Assembly: GCA_965113315.1 (NCBI GenBank)
Contig: OZ220369.1
From: Podarcis vaucheri
Taxonomy: Eukaryota
Length of the DNA stretch: 64,000 nucleotides
Strand: one strand, 5' to 3'
Shown here: positions 26,621 to 39,071 of the stretch, one piece after another
How positions within the stretch are numbered: the stretch's first letter is position 1
How the letters are laid out: each line of letters opens with the position of its first letter
The notes under the pieces: generated by a model
What the model saw: only the letters and a program-made list of their open reading frames with translations
Told to the model about the DNA's origin: nothing
Database searches by the model: none
Translations under genes and position numbers: made by a program

Positions 26621-27639
26621 TAGCTGAGCTTCCCCTTGCCCCACACCTCCTGTCCTCCAAGTCCCCAAACCAGTCCACTACAACAGCACCCTCCACCATC
26701 TATGCCCTAAAGCCATTTAGGGACTGTTCCTGTCCACAGGCCTGCCCACTCCCCACCCCCCAGCCTCCTGCTATCTGCTTCATAGCACTGCAGAAAGAAG
26801 TATCGTGTTGCTAAGGAGTTGACTCATGCTTCAGAGCTCTCCTAATGCTCTAGCTCTTGAAGGCAACTCCCCGCAACAACCACACGTACAATCGACCCCA
26901 CCCCAAAACATGACCCCTTCTCTGAAGACGACACACATCCACTTTGCCCCATGCCTCTCTTGCCCCCTCATGCAGCCCTTCTCAAAACTGTACAGAGCCA
27001 AGCTCACGGTGGTCTTCTGGGGTCAACCCCCAACATAGCGCAGTCCTCTCAGACATCTTCTCTCCTTCCGCCTCCATTTTAGTTACCCAGCCACAGTCTA
27101 TTTCTTAACTGGAAAGATGCCTAAGCCACCTTTTCAATACCTCAGCCCACTAGTGTGGTTTTCAGGGGTTAGAGCGCCAGATTAGGGACCTAAGAGAGCA
27201 GGTGTCCAAGTGGTGGTTCAGCTGCTCACTTTAGGGGGGGCTCTTCCCCCCCCCAGCAACTTACCTCACAGGGTTTGTGAGCTGCCGAAGCAGAACCATG
27301 TGCACCTTGAGAACGAAAAAACCCACACATATGTACGGAAAGAATGAATAAAAGTCATCAGAAGGCAACGAGCAATTTAAAAGCACTGAATACGGAGGAT
27401 ATAAATGCATTAACAGGCAAATAAATGTCAAGACCATCGATTTTTAAATTAAACAATCCCCATTCGCCCAGCCTTGCAGCCCCCACCCACCCACCCAGCT
27501 AGCATCCTCTATAGGGCGCCCCTTCCCCCCCCCCAGCATCCTCTATACGACACCCCCCACCCCACCCCACCATGGTCGACTGGACAACCCAGACCACCCC
27601 CCAGACCCTCTAGGCCCACCCTAAAGCCCCCTCTCCAGC

Positions 27640-28140
27640 CGCAGCATCCCGCCCCACTCACAAGTCTATCCAAGCGACAGACCAGATGGCGTCGAACAAG
27701 CGAAAGCAACGGCCGGGCTGCAGCTTATATACCCTCTGCTGCCAGGCAACGCCTAAGCTCCCGCCCCCGCCTCCTCCTCCCCCCTCCCCGAACGCGCTCT
27801 TGCGGCACCTGCGCGCACGCGCGCCTGCGCTTGTTCTACTTAGCAAGTCAGCCCGAGGCGGCGCGTGCGCTCGCGCGCCCCCTCGCTCGAAGCCCATTGG
27901 TACCCGGCCCCATCCGCGCACAACGGCCGCGGCGCGCGCTTCCCTCCTTCCCGCATGCGTAGTTCTGCCCTCTTGGGCATCTTTCGCGGCTCGGGGTTTT
28001 TTTTGTGTGCGCACCTGCTGCCCAGGTGAGGGGAAGAGAGAGCAGGGAGGAAGGAAGGAAACCAGGGCCGCTGGGCATTCTTTGTTTTCTGTGGCCTCCT
28101 CCCCTTGTGCATCGTTGAGGCGCCTTCACACGTGACGGGT
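27640..28140 (-). promoter_or_regulatory. GAPDHS CpG-island promoter
   Basis: TATATAA at 27725-27731 (minus), GC boxes, GCGC-rich NRF1-like tracts, CCAAT at ~27896-27900, CACGTG E-box at ~28128-28133, YY1-like CGCCATCT in exon 1. Confidence 0.75.
27662..27706 (-). other. GAPDHS: GAPDHS putative non-coding exon 1
   Basis: ATG-free, starts ~25-30 nt downstream of TATATAA (TSS approximate), ends at donor CTT|gtgagt. Confidence 0.7.
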
Positions 28141-29639
28141 TTCCTTTTTTAAAAAGAAAAAGAAAAGCTACCCTTTACCTTAGGAATGCAGCTGGTGTGC
28201 TCTGTCGCGTGGAAGAAAGATATGGGGGTACCTTGAAGGCTTAGCAACGAATATATTTCACATTATTAATGCCCCCCTTTCCAGCCAGAGGAGCTTATGT
28301 GATAAAGGAATTAAAACGTCTAAAAACAATTCCTATCCAGTTCCAAACTTTTTTGTGGGGTGGGAATAAGAAAATCAAAGTGTTTAGTCAATGAAAGATG
28401 TTGGAAAGGGTGGGGTGGAACTGGCTGGCATCTGGAAGCCTTGTGCTCATGTCTTCTTTTAAAACGTACCTCAGGGCAGAAGTTTCTGAGAATGTTCAAA
28501 AGTCACGAGCCTCACAATCATAGCTGTTTGAAATATTTGCTTGCCAAATCCTCAAGGAAGATGATTTAGCAGCAGTTATATGTGGCTTGATTGCAAATTA
28601 TTATGGCATGAGCTTTTGAGGCCTATAGCCTGTGTTAAAGTGTTGGCCTGGATTATAGTATACTGTACACAGATGCCCTGTGTGTGCATTGTTAAAACCG
28701 TGTTTATAGAAGACAATCTTACTCAGCTACGAGTGATTGCCAAAGAAGAAAGGAGAAGAAAGCAGCAGACAATGAGGTCGGAAGGAAAGGCAATGCAGAA
28801 AGCACAGGGGGTGATAATTATTGCACTGATGCATTCTGAGGTGCAGGTGTTCCTCATCGACACTTTCATTATTAACCCTTTGCTTAACAGCCTCAAGAAA
28901 AGTTCTGATGAACTCAAAAGCTTGCTTTGCAACACTTCGGTCATAATAAAGGAACTTGGGAGCTATTTCATAATAAAAGTAGCAGTTTAACCTTTAGGTA
29001 TGTGTGCTAATGTAACCTCCCTCTGCTTAGCTTAATTGGTGGGTTTTTCTCTGAGAAAAGCTTATTGGCATGCAGAGGATTGGCAAAAAGTATCCCAAGA
29101 GATGGCATCACCCCTGTTGTGAAATAAATCAAATGCTTAGAAGCTGGCCCGCTGCTCCACTACCTGATTGCATTATTAACAGCAGTCATGCAGAATAAAC
29201 ATAGAAAACCATTCTGATGTTTAAGCAGTAGTCTGATAGCTATAGTCAACCAGAAATTGCATGTAGGCAAATACATGGAATGCCAGAAAGGTGAGTAAGT
29301 GGACTGGCAGAGGAAAAATGAAGTGATTCATCATCCTCTGCCAACAGTGCTGCAACCATACAGCCTGCCAGATGACAAAAACTCCCTCTTCTGCACCATG
29401 CAGAGGCAGATGCAGCAGGTTGCCGGAGGAGGGACAGAAACCCTCTGCCAGCTCCCAGCAGCTTCCTAAAAAAAAAAAAAAAATTAAAAACGGAAGGCTG
29501 GTAGCTTTTGTGGGCTAATTTCTCAGCTGCTTTTGAGAACACTAACCATGGTTTCCTTCTGGAGCAACTATCCAAGTTAGGGGTAGGTGGCATTGCTTTG
29601 CAGTGGTTCATGCTTGGGGAGTGTTCCTCAGCCCCATAG

Positions 29640-30700
29640 AGCCTTCATTGTGGGGTTCAGTTTTATCCCCTATGCAGTTTAACATCTACATGAAACCTCT
29701 GAGTGGGGTTATTGAGTTTTGGAGTACATTGTCAGATATATGCTGATGACATACAGCTCTGCTTCTCCTTTACATCTGCAGGTGTGGCAATGGATGTGTT
29801 TGGACCGTTGTCTTGATAATGGACTGGATTAGAGCCAATAAACTGATGCTCAATCCAAGCAAGACAGAGACATTGTTAGTGGGCAGTTCCCTTGACCAGA
29901 TGGCTGGGTGTGTGGCCTGCTGTTGCTGGGGTTACACTCCTTCGAAGGAGCAGGTACATAGCTTCAGGGTATTTCTGGATCCTTTGCTTCATTGAGGCTC
30001 AGGTGGTGCGGACTGCATTCCATCAGCTTTGGTTAGTGGTCCAGCTGCATCCCTACTTGGGCAGAGATAGTTTAAGTTCTGTCATCTATGTAACCTCTAG
30101 GTTACATTGCTGCAATATGTTATACGTAGGGTACCTCTGAACATGGTTCAGCAACTGCAACTAGTGCAGAATTCAGCGGCCAGGTTACTCACTGGGGCAA
30201 GACGATTTGAGAATATTACATTAATCCTGGTCCAACTGCACTGACTGCCAATTAACTTCCAGGCCCAATTCAAAGTGCTGGATTAGACCTATAAAGCCTT
30301 AAATGGCTCAGGATTGCAATACCTCAAGGACTGCCTCTCTCCATGTGAACTGACCCAGACTCTGAGGCCTTTTTATGTGTCTGCTCCATGAGAAGTCCAT
30401 ACAGTGGCAACATGAAAACGGGCCTTTTCTGCAGTGGCTTCCCATTTGTAGAATGCTCTCCCCAGGGGGGCTCACCTGGCACCTTCATTACATTTCTTCA
30501 GGTGCCAGGTCAAAACATTTCTCTGTTACCAGGCCTTTGGCTGATTAACATTCTATGGCCTTTTAAATGTGTAGTGGGAGGGGGCTTATTGCTTTGTTTT
30601 TGCTCCAATACGTATTTTGTGTTCTCATTTTGCATATTTATGTTGTGAACTGCCCTGCTGTCTTCAGTACACAAATTTAAGAAATAGTAAAATAATAATA
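29640..30700 (+). mobile_element. Degenerate L2 LINE fragment (RT domain to 3' end)
   Basis: YADDIQL motif at ~29738, ANKLMLNPSKTE, LQLVQNSAARLL; frameshifted. Confidence 0.88.
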
Positions 30701-30704
30701 AATA

Positions 30705-30876
30705 GGTTGCTATAAATGAAGAGCTGTTTGACAGTGGAACAGTCTCCCTCAGGAGGTTGTGGACACTCCTTCCTTGGAGGTTTTTAAGCAGAGGTCATAT
30801 GGCCATCTGTCATGGATGCTTTAGCTGAGAGTCCTTCATTGCAGCAGACTAGGCAACCCTTGTAGTTCTATGATTA
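30705..30876 (+). mobile_element. CR1 LINE 3' end
   Basis: CAGTGGAACAG...TCCTTCCTTGGAGGTTTTTAAGCAGAGG...TTCTATGATT terminus; inverted relative at ~2590-2710. Confidence 0.7.
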
Positions 30877-30878
30877 TA

Positions 30879-31086
30879 CAGTGGTACCTTGGGTTAAGAA
30901 CTTAATTCATTCTGGAGGTTCGTTCTTAACCTGAAACTGTTCTTAACCTGAGGTACCACTTTACCTAATGGAGCCTCCCGCTGCCGCTGTGCCGCCACCA
31001 CACAATTTCTATTCTCATCCTGAAGGTACCATTTCTGGGTTAGCAGAGTCCGTAACCTGAAGCGTCTGTAACCTGAGGTACCACTG
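30879..31086. mobile_element. Tc1/mariner-type MITE, same family as 60-301, inverted
   Basis: TA-CAGTGGTACC...GGTACCACTG-TA. Confidence 0.8.
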
Positions 31087-34000
31087 TACTGCAATTGCAG
31101 AATAATAATTATTTTTTAAAAAACCAGGAAGATGGAGGAAGAGGCAGAAATATTCATGGCAAATTAGGTAAGTATTTTACCTAAAAGATTACTGTCACAC
31201 TCGAAAGAGGGAAGGGACAAATAAATGCAGACGCTGAGTTAGATTAAATGGAACCGACACATATACTAGGTAAAAAAGGATGAAAACAGCAACAGCGGGA
31301 TGCAGACCCACAGGGGTGGTGGTGGAAGCCACAGAAGCAGATGAAAGCTGCAGGAGTTCTTTCAGGCTGCTATTGCCTCCCTGTTTTAAGTTGCTTTCCT
31401 CCATTCAGTCAGCCACAAGGGAGCAACAGAGGCGGGCACCGCATCCGTGCTGACGTCTCCTTCGGCAGGATGAGCCAGCACTATTGAGCCATTAATAATT
31501 GAGAAGACGGGAGCAACAGGGTGGGAGGGGGGAGGACCACAGAAGCAGCTGCCTGCCTCGATGTCTTTGAAAAGGCCTCAAGGAGACGTCTGCCTCCACG
31601 CAACCAGTATGGAGACACAACCGATGGCGATGGTGAAGAATGTGATTTATTTAAAGGAGAGCATCTTCAGCGTACAACAAAAACTGTACCAGGCACACCT
31701 CTGTGGAAAGGGGGTTCCTCTCCCAGGTCTCCACCACCCAAGCTTCTGAGAACTGTGGAACCACTCATGAGAGGGCCTGTAGGGAAGGAGATTTTACTAC
31801 ACACAGAAAACTACCCCATTTGTCATTTTCGAAAGCTCAGGTTTCAATTGGTTGGGATAGTCTCTTTCCAGGCCCTAACCAACATATTTCCCAAGTGGAA
31901 AGCGAGAGAGTTGGCTAGGCTTGTGTCCTCATGCCATCAGCTCCTAGAAAAACAAAGCATCAACAGACAATGGAGTTTGCTTCTGTTTTGTTGTTGTGTC
32001 TTTTGCATCTTTATCATAGGTAATTTTTAATTTTAAGCCACCATAGAGTTCCTTGGCAGAACATATATTCCAGTAAATATATGGAATATATATTGATCAT
32101 ATAGTCCAATAAATCAATCTTTGTCTTATGCAATTTGGGATGCTGGAATGAGGTCCGTATCTCTTTGCTGTTTCCCATGACAGACAAAATCAGACTCAAT
32201 TATGTAACTTTGATAAGTAAGACAAGTAGCATCCTATACCCTCTTACCTGGGAGTAAGTCTTGGCTGTGACTCCTGGAAGACCAGCTCCCTGTCTTGCAG
32301 GCTTTTTCCACCTGACCTAGGAGGGCAGGGCCTAAACTGACTCCAGCTACAAAAACTGAGGCTGCTGAACAGACCCTTGGGCTAGGGTATTGCTTAGAGG
32401 GCTTTTTGCTGTTACTTATCTTTTTGTATCTGTTTTTTTCTTTATTTTTAGTTCTTATGATCTGTGGAAATTGTTGACTTGCTTGTGTACTTTCTGATGT
32501 GTTTTTAATTGTTTATTACTATTTTTGTTGTGTTTGTAATTATTTAATTGAGCATGGTTTTAACTATGGAAGGGTGGCATACAAATAAAATATATGTATT
32601 TATGTATGTATGCATGCTTTGTGGCTGAAGAGGGGTTTGTTTGTTTTTTAACCAGAACCTCCAGCAGGTGTCAAGTATCTACCTCCTCCTTGAATTAAAA
32701 GTACCATTCCTTCCTTCCCCCAGTGAATGGGGTGCAAAAGGAAGAAGAGAGGTTGTGGTGTCAGAATCAATAACTGTGCTTGTAAGAACTCCTCTGCCAA
32801 GGCCACCATCAACCCTTGAGGTGTTGCACAATGCCCCTTCCCACCCTGCCTTAACCACTTTCCTTCAAAGCTGCCAACTTTGGGAAATGCCATGCAATGC
32901 CCTTTTGCCCACCCCAGTCCTCTTCAAAGACACCTCAGTGCCGCCGAGGAAGGGGTGGGCGCAGCTGGAGTCTCTCGATGTGTTTCAACTCTGCAGCTTC
33001 TTTGCTGCAGATTGGTCAGGAGGCCCGGGGCAGTAGTAGAGCAGCACTAAAAATAGCTCATCAGGAGCTCCAGTGGAGCGTGCGAGAGAGAGAAAAGGCA
33101 ATGGAGAAAGAAGGAATCACATGAGAGAGAAAGAGGTGAAGGCAGAAAGCAAGTCTGATGGTGGAGGGTACACATGCAATATTCTGGGTTAACTAGGGCA
33201 TTAGCATAAAATGAATGCAAACATATAGATTGGGGGGAAGGGTACCATCTAAATTTATAACTTGTGCTAGGCATTCAACATCAAAAGCATCCAAAGAAAA
33301 CCACATTTTACAAAATAAAATGCACTCAAAATAATAACACCACTTTGCGTTTTTGCTCAGTGTGCTTACTTCATAGCTACTTTAGGCTTCAGTATATTTT
33401 TTTCATAAAAGGTAACACAAACCATTCTTGATTTAATTCTCACTCTATAGCTATTTTTTGTGGGGAAGTGGTGATGAAGCCATTGGCAAACCATGAGCTG
33501 AGCTTCTCAGATGTCACAAAAGGACAGGACAAGTCAAGGTTTGATGTTTTATTGTGTTTTTATATTTTGCTGGAAGTCACCCAGAGTGCCTGGGTAAACC
33601 CAGCCAGATGGGCAGGGTATAAATAATAAATTACTATTAAAATTATTAAACAGATAGTGATCTGGCTTGAGCTGCCGATAGCCTACAACAGGGGCAAGGG
33701 ACCTGCCAATGTTGTTGGACTACAGTGCTCCTCTTCCCTCACTATCGGCAAAGTTGGGTGGGGTCATTATGGGAGTTGAAGTCCAACAACATCTGGAAAG
33801 CCATATGTTCCCTCATTCATGGAGCATTAGAAGACAATGGAAGCCTAGGGCAGAAGTAGGCTAGGACCCAAGGCTGCAGCAGGATGTTTTAAACTTAAAT
33901 GAAGGTTGAGATTTTTTTCTTTAAAATATATAGCATTATAGAAATGAAACTAATAATAATAATGAATCTGAAAATGGCCAAGGCAAAAGCAGCAAGATCT

Positions 34001-35529
34001 TTCATGCCACACATGGCTTTCACCCTTCACAATCGAAACCTGGGCACATCTATGCACATTGCATAGTTCTGCTGCAATCTTTAAAACGGTGGAAACGTCT
34101 TTGTTATGGCTAGGCCTTTTCCCAGCAGCAACTCAATAAGATTCTATTTCTATATGTCTGCTAATGGGTGATATGTGATAGAGGTCAACACACCACTCTC
34201 TCTACTAATGGTTGTACCATTTTCATTATCCTTTCAGCATCAGGTACAACATTATTTTTCAAGTGGGATCAAGTGGGGGGGGTGGGTTGTGTTGGTTGCA
34301 TTTGTAGAGTTTCCAAATTTCATCAACCACATTGACAGTCCACCTGAAAAGCAGCATATAAAAAGTTTAAAATGTGACCATCGGTAAATATACCTCCCAA
34401 GGCCTTTACTGTTTTGGGGTGAAGTAGTGAAAGCCTTTTTATGTTCTCCCTGGCGGTTGCTCTTGCAAAGTTTTAAAACAAATACACATTGATATCTGCA
34501 AGCAGAGGGCCTAACAGCTGCCCATCTCCTCCTTGACCTGGAGTTTAGTGACTCAGCATTTTAAATAATTCAGCTTGGTGAGCATCAGGCAGAGGAAGGA
34601 TGCCGGAGTGCACTAGGGGATTTAGGATAATTTGTTCTAGAAAAGCAAGACTAAGAATAGAAATACTCTACTGGGAGTAGCTGTTTGCATTTCTGATTAT
34701 TTCATTTGTCAACCCAAACCCAAATGCCACAGCAGCCTCCACAAGTATACAACTACTGGTGCCTATGATCTGCATTGCAATGTTGGTTTGTGCAATATAA
34801 AGGGGAGAGTACAACACAGCCCTTTCCTGCCGTCTTGAACACTGTGCGGCAGTGGAAGCCAGTAAGGGTTTAAAGGCTGCAGTCAGTAATCTTAACATCC
34901 GCTCCCTTGCAAGGGTTGCTACTGGTTTACTTTGAGCAGTCAAATTCCTGCACCATTTCAAAAATACACACAAAACCATACAATCAAAAAAATATTTCTC
35001 CTCCATTAAAGCACCTCGGTGTCAGAAGAAGCTGCTTGTGTCAAGCTTCCTCACCTGTGCAATGAAGAAAGGTACAACGTGTATAGGATTGCAGTCTAAC
35101 TGTGCAATCCAAGCCCAAGATTTGCTGGGAAGAGCAAGCTTGGCACAAGCACATCTGAGGCTGCTCAAACTCTATTTTAAAGGCTTGTTTTCCCTGCACT
35201 AGGCTCAGGCTGGCTTAGCCAGGAGTAATCCCACTCCTGAACAAAGTTTGGAATAGGGGTAACTTGCACCACCTTAAGTGCTGCTGGCTTCCTATATTGT
35301 TAGGACTTGTAGCCACTGTATGACTGACACAAGCCCAAATAAAACCAAATAAATAAATCTGAACTTTTCACCACATCCATATTTTGTGGCACGCTATCAA
35401 TCAAATATTGCCCGCTATTAGGTTCCATGGCATGCAAAGCAATCGAAAACTGTCAGATATAATCCTGGCTGACGTGCAATCAGATATATTGATATATTAA
35501 AGCACTACTGCATGTCAAATACTGGACAC

Positions 35530-36070
35530 AGCTCTGCTTAAGAATACAAGTGTCAAGGTCCATATAGTCCAGCATTCTGTTCTCGCAATGTGCCTATGGG
35601 AAGCAGGCCCTGGGTGCAACAGCACTCTCCCACCTGTGATTCCTAACAACTGGCATTTAGAGGCTTACTGCCTCCCAACAGGACAGGTAAAACATCACCC
35701 TAGCCTCCTTGAATTTTTCTAATCCTCTTTTAAAGCCAGCCAACTTGGTGGCCATACCTCTTTTGGGGGAATGAATTCCATACTGTAACTATGCACCATA
35801 TAAATCAGCAATTTTGTCTGTCCTGAATCTCCCAGTATTCAGCTTCATTAGTAGATGGCCCCATGTTCTAGTATTATGCAAGGGAAAGTAAACTTCCCTC
35901 TACTCATGTTCTCCGCATCATGTATAATTTTATGCGCCTCTATCCTGCTACCTCTTACATACTTTTTCTCTAAAAAAAAGCAAACTCCATACCATTCCAC
36001 ATAGGGAAGACTCCCCATCCCTACAACCTGTTTCCGAATCTTTTCCAACTCTCCAATATCCTTTTTGAGG
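35530..36070 (-). mobile_element. Degenerate CR1 fragment
   Basis: Homologous to 18760-19350 (GTCTGTCCTGAAT...CAGCTTCATT); approximate boundaries. Confidence 0.55.
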
Positions 36071-37401
36071 GGAGTCTTCGTTGCAAGGATAGCCCTGCTG
36101 CAACCAGCTGCTGCTTAGTTGCGTCTGGTTTTAGTCGTAAAAGTTTTATTATGAAGCAGGCGTTTGTGTGCAGAGACACACCAAAATATTGGAAGGGCTG
36201 TGCGCTTCTGTGGGCTAATACTGCTAACAATGCACATCCTAGTATTTAATACTCTTCATTCAAAAAAGTAACCCAACCAAAATCACACATCCTGGATTGA
36301 GAGGGCATCTGCGGCCTGTGGCCTCTGTTGTCTCTGGCAGCAGAAGCTTTGGGCTGCATGCATCTCTTTGCAGCGCTTGGTCACGCAACACGACATGTGA
36401 ATGTGCCAGCCCAAAAGCTGTCCCTCTCATGGCCAGCCTGGAAAACTGCACGCTCCAGCATTTCACTACGCCACCCCAGCAAGCACACATTGCACAACCA
36501 TCACTTCCAATATAGTAAGCCCAGTGGTTGCTGCTGTTGATTTGCCACCTGCTGGGCAGTTTGAGAACATCAAAGCTCCTCCGCTTATTTCCCCCACCGC
36601 TCTGCAACCATCACAAGGGATTCAAACTAGACATGGAAGATGGCGTTTTGTTTTTAAATGAAAAGCGTTTGCAAGAGGCTCCAGATATGAGTGGAAGGGA
36701 GAGGAAGAAAGGAAACTGAGCCTTTTCTGCTCTAGGTCAAAGTATTTTCTCCAGAAGTGGAAAAGCAGCTGTGATCCGTAGATTTTGAGTGGGGGAAAAG
36801 GCACAGGAGGAAGGCCTTAATAATAACCTCTCTCCTCCCCCTGCAAGCCTTTCCTCCTCTCAAGGCTTCTCCTATGGCAAATTTTTACAAGTTCCTAAAA
36901 TGGGTGTCCATTACAAACTTTACACCATCCTCAAACCGGCTTAAATATCACTGCTACCACTGGCAGAGGATCTTCCATAGGAAGTTGAAAACACAGTTTG
37001 CAGCAAACAGTTGCCTTAAAATGACTTAATACTGTGGTCTCTAAAATGGAAAATGTCAAGGCAAAAAAAGATATAATTCTCAGCACTACAGGTATAGAAC
37101 TCACAATTTTGTTGGGGGGAGGGGGAGAAATCTGTAGTATTCAACATTGCATGACCCCTTAATTTATGCTGTTATGTTCAGCCTTTAATTAGTGGTGGCC
37201 TATGTGCACAAACATGAACATTTATGCAACTAACTTCAGAGCTGCTTTAACTCCCCTCTCAAATGCTCTACATGTGTTTTTTTTTAAAAAAGAAACCTCA
37301 GAATAATTAAAAATAATAATACACAAAAGCTAGTAAGAGGGATGCTTTTTACCCACCCTTTTCCAACATCACATCCTAGTCAAGAATTCAATCCTACTCG
37401 T

Positions 37402-37407
37402 TTTATT
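37402..37407 (-). terminator. LSR: Candidate LSR polyadenylation signal
   Basis: AATAAA on the minus strand ~0.9 kb after the stop; an alternative ATTAAA lies at 36245-36250. Confidence 0.4.
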
Positions 37408-38281
37408 TTCATTTCTATAAAACAGCAATCTCAACAAAATTATAAGCTCTTTGCACTCTAGAAACAAGGGTTGGGAGCCTGTAGTGATGCCGCTGTTGTT
37501 AAGATTCCTGTCAGCCCCAGCCAATGCAGCAAATGGTCGGGGGTGATGGAATTTGTAGTCCAGCAACACCTGCGAGGCTACAGGTTTCCCACACCTGCCT
37601 TACAATATTTACAGCACTGGCAGTCTATACATTGTTTACAAAAGGAAAAAATCTTGCACACAAAACATGTATAAACCACTTTCATAAACCGCTTTTGAGG
37701 TGGTGGTTGTTGTTTTTTTTACAATCAAGCGGTACATAAATTTTATAGAATAAAAAATAAAATGAAAAGAAAAAATGTGTTTGAAGCACTTCAAAAACTT
37801 ATGTGGAAAATGTAGTTCTGGTAGTTTGTATTTGGAATCATCTTCAAAATTTTTCAAAAGGGTAAAGGGAGAGGAAGATCTCCTTTTGGCAGAATAAGAT
37901 CACTGGTTTCCATTTCCAGTACAGTACTGTAGGATCGCTTTCAAGTGCCCTCCTGAACACTACGTAAAAAATAAAACTAGGCCTGAAATTTAAAAGGAGC
38001 ACCCAAAAAGGAGCTTAAAAGTTCTCCTGCAGTGCAAACTCCTTTAGATTCTCAGCTGATATGCAATGAAGTTAAACCTAAGGCACCAAGAGGTCTGTTT
38101 CTCAAGTTTTGTCCAGTCGACCAGTCCCTGTTGTCAGCTGGGCATACACAAAAGCTCCACTTGCTCCACTTTATAGACTCCAGGTGAATAAAGCTCATAT
38201 CAACAAGCCAAGCCGCAGTTGCTGTAGCTGTCCAAGGCACAGGACTTCTCTCATCCACCCAAGGCAGAGGTATGGAAAGGG

Positions 38282-38317
38282 TTAAACTACCAAACTTTCC
38301 CTGCTGACAGCATGGTT
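38282..38317 (-). CDS. LSR: LSR last coding exon (36 nt including TAA)
   Basis: ctacag|NHAVSRESLVV*; conserved PDZ-binding C-terminus. Confidence 0.93.
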   Translation of the reverse strand, partial: NHAVSRESLVV

Positions 38318-39071
38318 CTGTAGGGCAAAAAGAAAGTCAAGCTTTAGTAATACAATTTAAGACATTTATATCTCACCAGATCTTTAGAACAACCAAAGGC
38401 TGTTAACACCACAAGATGTAACAAAAACACCACAAATAGAAGATACACACGCTTTTATTGATCAAGATCCAAACATGGGCCCCCTAAAACACCTTTGCAC
38501 AGCTTCCTGAGCCTCAATAATAAAGACAGATACTGGTGGGTCTCCAATTCTACTATCTTGGAGCCACTAACCAGAAAGCTAGTTTTAGTCTTCTTTAAGC
38601 AAAATTCCCATAGCAGATCCTACAAAGCCGTAGCTGCTGGATAATCTTCCCCTATAAAGCTGACTGAACCACCCCAATCACTTCAGTTGCTCTTATCAGT
38701 ACAATGCTGGGTCAGCCCCAAGAACAGGTGTGGGGAGACTGTGGCCTCCCTAGACATTACTAGACTCGAATTCCCATCATCCCTGAAGACCGGCTATGCT
38801 GGCTGGTGTGGATGGCAACTGGGAGTCCTGCAACACCTGAAGATACCCACTCCTACCCTGGACCATCTCCTCTGTTGAACCTCTTCGTCCAACAGCAGCT
38901 CAATCTCCTCAGGAGAAAGAAAAGAATTGCCCTTGAGGGCCTCATTCCTCCACTCCGCTAGCAACGTAAAAGGATCCAGCAGTCAACTGAAGGCCATGTT
39001 TCATCTGAAATGCCAAGGCAATACTATCATGCACCACGTTAGCAGGGTGCTCTCCCTACCCCCCTACTCAC

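Noticed and set aside
27686-28135. Plus-strand 149-aa ORF MASNKRKQRP... and overlapping ORFs
   Set aside because: Stop-poor CpG-island artefacts overlapping promoter motifs; no homology.
31195-32030. ORFs with a TM-like segment and NYPICHF, suggestive of hepcidin (HAMP)
   Set aside because: The eight-Cys pattern, signal peptide and furin site are absent.
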